DNA of 60,547 nucleotides from Octopus sinensis (lineage: Eukaryota). Numbering within the stretch: position 1 is the stretch's first letter; the number at the start of each line of letters is the position of its first letter. Location: contig NW_021832546.1 of assembly GCF_006345805.1 (NCBI RefSeq), forward strand, positions 1-60,547. The letters are read 5' to 3'. The notes beneath the pieces are model-generated. The model was given only the letters and a program-made list of their open reading frames with translations. It did not search any database and was not told the DNA's origin. Of the stretch, positions 54,044-60,547 are shown in pieces. The position numbers were made by a program, and so were the translations under genes.

Positions 54044-55563
54044 TTCACCGATAAAACATAGTGTTTGTCAATTTTAAACCCACGCTGGTGGAAAGGGGAG
54101 AGCAGAAATTCTTCGCTTACATATTTTTGAATTTGATAGCACTTTTAGTTCGAGCAGAATTCTAGAGGTGATAAGAAGCCGAAAGGGTATGCTCCCACTT
54201 TCAGTGTTCCAAATCCGATTCAGGAGTTCTGAGCTGACGAAAGAAATGTCGATTTGACTAATCTAGAAACGTACGTTCTCAAATAACCTTTGCACTTGAT
54301 TTTTTAATGTTTTTTCCCCCATACCTTTGTGAGTTGATTTGAGCAAACACTATCTGAGAGAGATCTTCTTTAAGTATTAGAAATAGCTAAAGATTTCTTT
54401 AGCTGCTATTTCTAATGAGTTCAGTATGTGGCAAAGTAATTTATTTTACTAGCCCTTATATATAATGTAATATTTTTGAATTCGCCTAAAATGGTCCCTT
54501 TACATACTGAATACTTGGTGAAATTGATTAATAATTAATTAATTTTACCCTCAATTGTTGAAATTATAATTCATTTCTCTCTGTTTAATGCTGCGGTTTT
54601 CACCGATAAAACATAGTGTTTGTCAATTTTAACCCAGGCTGGTGGAAAGGGGAGAGCAGAAATTCTTCGCTTGCATATTTTTGAATTTGATAGCACTTTT
54701 AGTTCGAGCAGAATTCTAGAGGTGATAAGAAGCCGAAAGGGTATGCTCCCACTTTCAGTGTTCCCAAATCCGATTCAAGGAGTTCTGAGCTGACGAAAGA
54801 AATGTCGATTTGACTAATCTAGAAACGTACGTTCTCAAATAACCTTTGCACTTGATTTTTTAATGTTTTTTTCCCCCATACCTTTGTGAGTTGATTTGAG
54901 CAAACACTATCTGAGAGAGATCTTCTTTAAGTATTAGAAATAGCTAAAGAAATTTCTTTAGCTGCTATTTCTAATGAGTTCAGTATGTGGCAAAGTAATT
55001 TATTTTACTAAGCCCTTATATATAATGTAATATTTTGAATTCGCCTAAAATGGTCCCTTTACATACTGATAGGGGATGAAATTGATTATAATTAATTATT
55101 TTACCCTCATTGTTGAAATTATAATTCATTTTCTCTGTTTAATGCTGCGGTTTTCACCGATAAAACATAGTGTTTGTCAATTTTAACCCAGGCTGGTGGA
55201 AAGGGGAGAGCAGAATTCTTCGCTTGCATATTTTTGAATTTGATAGCACTTTTAGTTCGAGCAGAATTCTAGAGGTGATAGAAGCTGAAGGGTATGCTCC
55301 CACTTTCAGTTTCCCAAATCCGATTCAAGGAGTTCTGAGCTGACGAAAGAAATGTCGATTTGACTAATCTAGAAACGTACGTTCTCAATAACCTTTGCAC
55401 TTGATTTTTAATGTTTTTTTCCCCCAACATTTGTGAGTTGATTTGAGCAAACACTATCTGAGAGGAGATCTTCTTTAAGTATTAGAAATAGCTAAAGAAA
55501 TTTCTTAGCTGCTATTTCTAATGAGTTCAGTATGTGGCAAAGTAATTTATTTTACTAAGCCCT

Positions 55564-55572
<9 letters not shown>
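54044..55572. repeat. ~555-bp tandem repeat, about 2.75 copies
   Basis: caccgataaaacatag at 54046, 54601 and 55155; bounded by (TA)n on both sides. Confidence 0.93.
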
Positions 55573-55608
<36 letters not shown>

Positions 55609-55929
55609 GTACCTATGCGGGTGCACATGTGTGCATGTGTGTGTGTGTGTGAATCTGGCTATCTGTGCAGCTTTACTTGCCTCACCTTGTATATTGGCTT
55701 CTTTACGATCCTGTAACCCAGTGTTTCTCAATCTTTTTACCCTTGCGTAACCCTTAAAATAAATTACATGTCTCAAGGAACCCCTGCACAAAATAAATTA
55801 TACACTATATCTTTCTTACATTTTTAATCGTAGTTCACGGTGTATATATATATATATATATATATAACACAGAGTGTGACAAGGCTAGCCGCTTGGAAAT
55901 ACAGGTACAACAGAAACAGGAAGAAAGAG

Positions 55930-56725
55930 TAACGGCAGACGAGATACCTATTTCTTTATTACCCACAAGGGGCTAAACATAGAAGGGACAAACAAGGACA
56001 GACATAGGTATTAAGTCGATTACATCGACCCCAGTGCGTAACTGGTACTTATTTAATCGACCCCGAAAGGATGAAAGGCAAAGTCGACCTCGGCGGAATT
56101 TGAACTCAGAACGTAGAGGCAGACGAAATACGGCTACGCATTTCGCCCGGTGTGCTAACGGTTCTGCCAGCTCGCCGCCTTCTGTGAAAATGTGTGAAAA
56201 TGCAGCGTTTCAAACAAAAGATAGTATGTAATAAATATATTTGCTCGCCTCACTGAAAAGGATTCATTTCGTTTGTTGGGAATTTTTTTAAATATACAAA
56301 ACTTACGATATTATGCTCCACTGGACACGTCGTTGCTTGAAAGGGCATTGACTTTGCATTAAAAAAAAAAGATTCTCGTTATAGATAATATAACCAACGG
56401 CATTCCAACCGTGGCCATAGATAATATAATCAAACTATAGATAATATAATCAACCTATAGATAATATAATCAACGGCATTCCAACCGTGACCGTTCTGAC
56501 ATTCTGTCTGTACTTGTCTGTGTTTAGCCCCTTGTGGGTAGAAAAGAAATAGGTATTTCGTCTGCCGTTACGTTCTGAGTTCAAATTCCGCCGAGATCGG
56601 CTTTGCCTTTCATCCTTTCGGGGTCGATTAGATAAGTACCAGTTACGCACTGGGGTCGATGTAATCGACTTAATCCCTTTGTCCTTGTTTGTCCTCTCTG
56701 TGTGTAGCCCCTTGTGGGTAGTACA
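55930..56725. mobile_element. Family-B SINE copies with multimer junctions (55930-56180 minus; 56505-56725 plus)
   Basis: Both contain the tail-to-body junction. Confidence 0.85.
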
Positions 56726-57081
56726 GAAATATGTATGTATTTATGTGTGCATGTAATAGGCGCAAACATAGTTCACTTCGCAACCACATGGTTCCGGGTT
56801 CGATCACACCACCCGGGTCTTTGGACAAGTATCTTCTATCGTAGCGTTGAGTTTATCAATGCCTCTTCCAACAAAAAGAAATATCAGACGTCGAATCTGT
56901 TTGTAAGTAGTCGCTCAGTCTGCAAGAAATAGCTGCCAAATCACTCTCACACCAAACATAACCATTCATAAATTGCGGAGAAAGACGTTCTGGGTAAGTT
57001 TGTCTTGGATGTAACACGTCTCACGAAAAACAAGAGGAGTTAGAATTTATTTCATGGTTTGTCTACCAGATTAAGGATTAC

Positions 57082-57300
57082 TTAGTGCTGAACAATGATT
57101 ACAGAAATATTTTATAAATGCCGACGAAGTCATTGCCCTATAAAGCAATGAACCGAATAGAGAGGAGAAGAGTTCACAGTGTGTATTCAAAATAATATTT
57201 TCGTTATATAAGTTTCCAATGAGTTGAGTTGAACAAATAAATGAAATGTTTGTAACATTTCGTCTTTTGTTCGAACCACTGTCACAAATATATGAATAGG
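57082..57300 (-). CDS. Candidate internal coding exon (219 bp, phase 1/1), product unknown
   Basis: Acceptor ctctctatcttctgcag, open frame (A)YSYICDSGSNKRRNVTNISFICS...FCNHCSAL, weak donor gtaatc; no recognisable domain. Confidence 0.25.
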
Positions 57301-57513
57301 CTGCAGAAGATAGAGAGTTATTTTTGGTACTGTTACTGTTGCTTAGCGCAACAATAACAGTAGATAACGTATCGTGATGGAGTAGATAACGTATCATCAG
57401 CGCTATTATAACCCTAACCGTCTCACTTTATTTAGACTTGTAAGTATGTATTATTGTATGTATGTACACACACATACACATATATTTATATATATGTGTG
57501 TATATTATATATA

Positions 57514-57862
57514 AGTCGACCTCGACGGAATTTGAACTCAGAACGTAACGGCAGACGAAATAACGCTAGGCATTTCGCCCGGCGTGCTAACGATTCTGCC
57601 TGCTCGCCGCCTTTACATACACATATATTTATATATATTTCTTTACTACCCACAAGGGGCTAAACATAGAGGGGACAAACAAGGACAGACAACGGGATTA
57701 AGTCGATTACATCGACCCCAGTGCGTAACTGGTACTTAATTTATCGACCCCGAAAGGATTAAAGGCAAAGTCGACCTCGGCGGAACTTGAACCCAGAACA
57801 CTTAACGGCAGACGAAATACGGCTACGTATTTTTCCCGGCGTGCTAACGTTTTTGCCAGATC
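57514..57862 (-). mobile_element. Family-B SINE copies
   Basis: Partial 57514-57612 and near-full 57637-57862. Confidence 0.85.
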
Positions 57863-59882
57863 CGCGTAGGTACTTTACAGAACTCTCATACAACCCAGAT
57901 CTAGCCAACAATATCAAATGAGAGACAACATACAGAACTCGATAAGTTAATCCTGAGTTCGCTTCATTTGATTGCATGCAGCATACCGAGTATATAACCA
58001 AGACATAATAAAGAAGAATAGAGGATTACACACCTTCAAAATTTATTTATTACAGTAATTTCCCGCATTAAATTCCAATCCGAAACGTGTTTCTGCTGGA
58101 TAAGTATCCTTGTGTCCTCTGATGTAGCATTTATGTGCGCGGCAGTATATATTTATCCAAGGCAGACATTCCTATGCGTCTTTGTCCAAGGTTTTACACG
58201 TACGAGATGGTGAAGCGAACTGGGAATTCAAATATTAGATAGTCCTTCTTGAAATATATTCTCAGTGAATATTCTGTTCTCGGTCTGTTAAAGGGCAGAC
58301 GTTCAGACAGGTATACTGGCTCTCATGTAGCAACATTCAAAATTTTGTCTAGGTGAATCTAGCCGAAGAGAAATAATCAAATTTACGTTAACAAGCGTAA
58401 TTTTGAAAGTTCGAAACCTAGGTCCTAGATTATCCACATCTGAGTCGTACATCTATTTAATGTTCTTCCTACAGGTAAGATGAAATTTTTTATGTTCGCC
58501 GCCCACAAACGTCTTTGCCAGTACATATATACAGTGAAGCTTTACTATAGCGTCGTATATTATCGACTGCTCTTTCCAGTAAATATCGGGGCATTATTGT
58601 ACCACTATTCTAGATATATATAATTGCCATACTTTTCTATCCAACTTGCTCTAATGATTAGTCATTTACTTCCTCTAATTCTGAAGGTTATCAGAGTTAA
58701 ACCCTTCAGTAACGTTAGTTGGCGGTCATGAAACTATAATATCATAGAAATAATAATAATAATAATTTTCGTACAAGGCCAACAATTTTAGAGGAATTGT
58801 AGGTAAGTCCATTACATCGACCAGTACTTGACTGGTACTTATTTTATCAACCCTGAAAAGATGGAAGGCAATTTGAACTCAGGACGTAAAAAGGAAAGAA
58901 CTGCTCCTAAGCATTTTGCCCGGCGTGCTAACGATTCTGCCAGCTCGCCGCCGTAACAATTGTAAGAATATTGGTTTCAAATTTTGTCACAGGGCCAGAA
59001 AGTTCGGGGCAGGGGCTACGCCGATTACATCGATCCCAGTGCTCAACTTATACTTATTTTATCGCCTGTCTCATAAAATCTTTGTCTCCCAAAGATTGCC
59101 CTTCATTGGGCCAAACATGCCGAAGTGGAGTTTACCAAATCTGAACTGTACGGTCAATTTTCAACCAATAATTGTACGACACAGCATAGTAAATGGTTTA
59201 TTGTATTATATTTCTTATTATTGTATATCAAGTTGTAAAGAACGAAGCCATTATGTTATTTACTCCCGTAGACTTCTAGCATGAACATTCATTCATTACG
59301 TATTTTGAGAAATATTTTATTTTTTTATGTGGGGGTGTATATGCAGGTATGTGTGTGTCGGGGCGGGTATATATATACGTATGTCTGTGAGTGTGTGTGT
59401 GTGTGGTGTGTGTGTGTGTGTGTGTATATATATATGTATGTGTTTGTGCGTGTATATGTACATACATACATATATATGTATATAATCAAATGCACATCGT
59501 GTACTAATGGGAATGCGCATTCACTAAATGAATGCAGCCATATTCACACATGCACATACACAAACACACACACACACACACACACTAATACCAATAAAAT
59601 AACATTTGTGTAAGTATACACTCACTCTTATGCTCATATGAACTTGCGCATTTTCTCAAATTGACTCAAACGATGCCGTGACTCAAACAATGAAGACTCT
59701 GTCGATCTGTTTATGACTGTCTTGAATTCTGTGAAGAATTTCAATAAATCTCTAGGGAAAACTTCTAAATCATGCACACCTACAAACATACATATATACA
59801 CGACACACATACATATATACATGCATACATACATACATACATACATACATACATACATACATACATACATACATACATACAT

Positions 59883-60302
59883 AGGCGCAGGAGTGGCTGT
59901 TTGGTAAGTAGCTTGCTAACCAACCACATGGTTCCGGGTTCAGTCCCACTGCGTGGCATCTTGGGCACGTGTCTTCTGCTATAGCCCCGGGCCGACCAAT
60001 GCCTTGTGAGTGGATTTGGTAGACGGAAACTGAAAGAAGCCTGTCGTATATATGTATATAAATATAAGTGTGTGTGAATATGTTTGTGTGTCTGTGTTTG
60101 TTTCTCTAGCATTGCTTGACAACCGATGCTGGTGTGTTTACGTCCCCGTAACTTAGCGGTTCGGCAAAAGAGACCGATAGAATAAGTACTGGGCTTACAA
60201 AGAATAAGTCCCGGGGTCGATTTGCTCGACTAAAGGCGGTGCTCCAGCATGGCCGCAGTCAAAATGACTCAAACAAGTAAAAAGAGTAAAAGAGAAAAGA
60301 GT
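59883..60302 (+). mobile_element. Full-length family-A SINE inserted in (CATA)n
   Basis: Complete head, internal TA/TG tract and tail. Confidence 0.93.
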
Positions 60303-60547
60303 ATACATACATACATACATACATACATACATACATACATACATACACACATACATACATACACGACACACATACGTACATACATACATACATGCATTTT
60401 TTAATTTAATTTCATTTCATTTATTTTTTTATTTCATCTAGTTTCAACTCACGAGCTGTGGCCATGCTGGGGCATCGCATTTGGTGTTGCTACATGATTT
60501 TACTTCACGAATGCTTTTTAGCAATTGACATTTGGTGCATGAGAGAG

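Noticed and set aside
54637-54793. GKGRAEILRL (GST/S-crystallin-like) and GWWKGE (SH3-like) peptides in the 555-bp unit
   Set aside because: Only 6-10 residue matches; downstream sequence does not continue either domain, and frames differ between copies
58150-58320. FEFPVRF peptide reminiscent of PIF1/Helitron helicase
   Set aside because: The flanking conserved TINKSQGQ motif is absent and stops intervene

Overview
This is AT-rich, extremely repeat-dense eukaryotic DNA. The SINE and microsatellite make-up suggests an octopod cephalopod (inference, not verified by search). No host protein-coding gene can be called with confidence. Nearly all ORFs in the track are microsatellite or SINE translations, and the recognisable protein motifs belong to decayed transposons: two mariner relics, a Tc1/mariner maT-like element with TIRs, a hAT transposase, RTE, CR1-like and R4/Dong-like LINE fragments, and a zinc-knuckle ORF1-like relic. 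Also present are dozens of tRNA-derived SINEs (four head types with shuffled tails), a non-autonomous Helitron, piggyBac- and hAT-type MITEs, and a ~555-bp tandem triplication. The most interesting signal is a set of at least six unrelated short elements, mostly in or beside (TA)n or other simple-repeat tracts, that carry type I (mostly minimal) hammerhead-ribozyme folds. Their cores show C3-G8, G3-C8 and possibly U3-A8 covariation. Several sit at the apex of fold-back inverted repeats, one family is circularly permuted between copies (~360-nt monomer), and one appears to have 3'-transduced its flank. This looks like a Penelope-like/retrozyme-type ribozyme-retroelement community. A CRE/YY1 motif cluster near 45.3 kb and a few weak candidate exons are also noted. 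All folds and alignments were done by eye, and repeat boundaries are approximate.
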